The position numbers were made by a program, and so were the translations under genes. A DNA stretch of 60,902 nt, counting the filler. It is 3 parts of 3 records of this genome, joined end to end, with 100 filler letters (N's around TTAATTAATTAA, not from the genome) between each part and the next. Parts side by side here need not be neighbours in the genome. Positions count along the whole stretch, not along the records: positions 39,972 to 60,902 come from SRR31156797_3605; 2 more parts are not named here. One strand, written 5' to 3'. Positions 60,784 through 60,902 of this stretch are shown in pieces. The notes below the pieces were generated by a model, which saw nothing but the letters and a program-made list of their open reading frames with translations, did no database searches and was not told the origin of the DNA. The stretch's first letter is position 1. The number at the start of each line of letters is the position of its first letter.

Positions 60784-60902
60784 TCAGTTCGCCACCCTTC
60801 CGATGAGGATATCACAGCCTTTCGGCAGCAAAAGATCGTTTGTGATATCCATTTTGCCGGAATAGAGGTCGCATGGTAACCGATCACGGGGTAAAGTAGT
60901 AA
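60784..60902 (-). CDS. Possible 3' end of a gene entering from outside the window
   Basis: Open frame TTLPRDRLPCDLYSGKMDITNDLLLPKGCDILIGRVAN*. Not identified. Confidence 0.3.
   Translation of the reverse strand, partial: TTLPRDRLPCDLYSGKMDITNDLLLPKGCDILIGRVAN

Noticed and set aside
1-60902. CRISPR arrays, tRNA/rRNA, IS elements, integrases, reverse transcriptases
   Set aside because: By eye I found no repeat-spacer periodicity, RNA-gene signatures or matching protein motifs. A tRNAscan or Infernal run would be needed to exclude small RNAs fully.

Overview
The window is not one locus. It is three unrelated contigs joined by two 100-nt spacers (44 N + TTAATTAATTAA + 44 N) at 26450-26549 and 39872-39971, so no gene neighbourhood across a spacer is meaningful. 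Taxonomic calls below come from gene content and style, not database searches. Segment 1 (1-26449) is an anaerobic Gram-negative bacterium, probably Deferribacterota (Denitrovibrio-like). It carries prmA, asd, hup, an ExeA/SH3 envelope trio, bioB, a heat-shock unit (hsp20-dnaJ-hspR-clpB-sigma70-thioesterase) with a HAIR operator over its promoter, TonB, a K+ channel, PIN-PhoH, an MCP, ABC-F, phasin-ubiB, a lone Mrr, a methyltransferase-TetR pair and the 3' end of nifJ. Segment 2 (26550-39871) is a Methanosarcinaceae-type archaeon. metV and metF are separated by about 8.8 kb of AT-rich accessory genes: a membrane-anchored HTH regulator, a secreted C39 peptidase with a structured leader, UPF0228, two surface proteins, an ABC exporter and three paralogous membrane proteins. 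Then come a divergent ThiC/Bza paralogue, a CofE paralogue and a partial alkaline phosphatase. Segment 3 (39972-60902) is a more GC-rich Desulfobacterota-like contig with an EPS cluster (in-frame GT2-GT4 fusion, wza, rfbB, rfbD, a galE scar), lipoproteins, sensor kinases and paaK-ACT. It also has a DUF2760-Hsp70-Hsp70(DUF3731) operon in which DUF2760 looks like a membrane-anchored GrpE. The best candidates for an undescribed system are that operon, the archaeal C39 island and the metF-ThiC-like-CofE-like cluster. No rRNA, tRNA, CRISPR array, transposase or integrase was seen.
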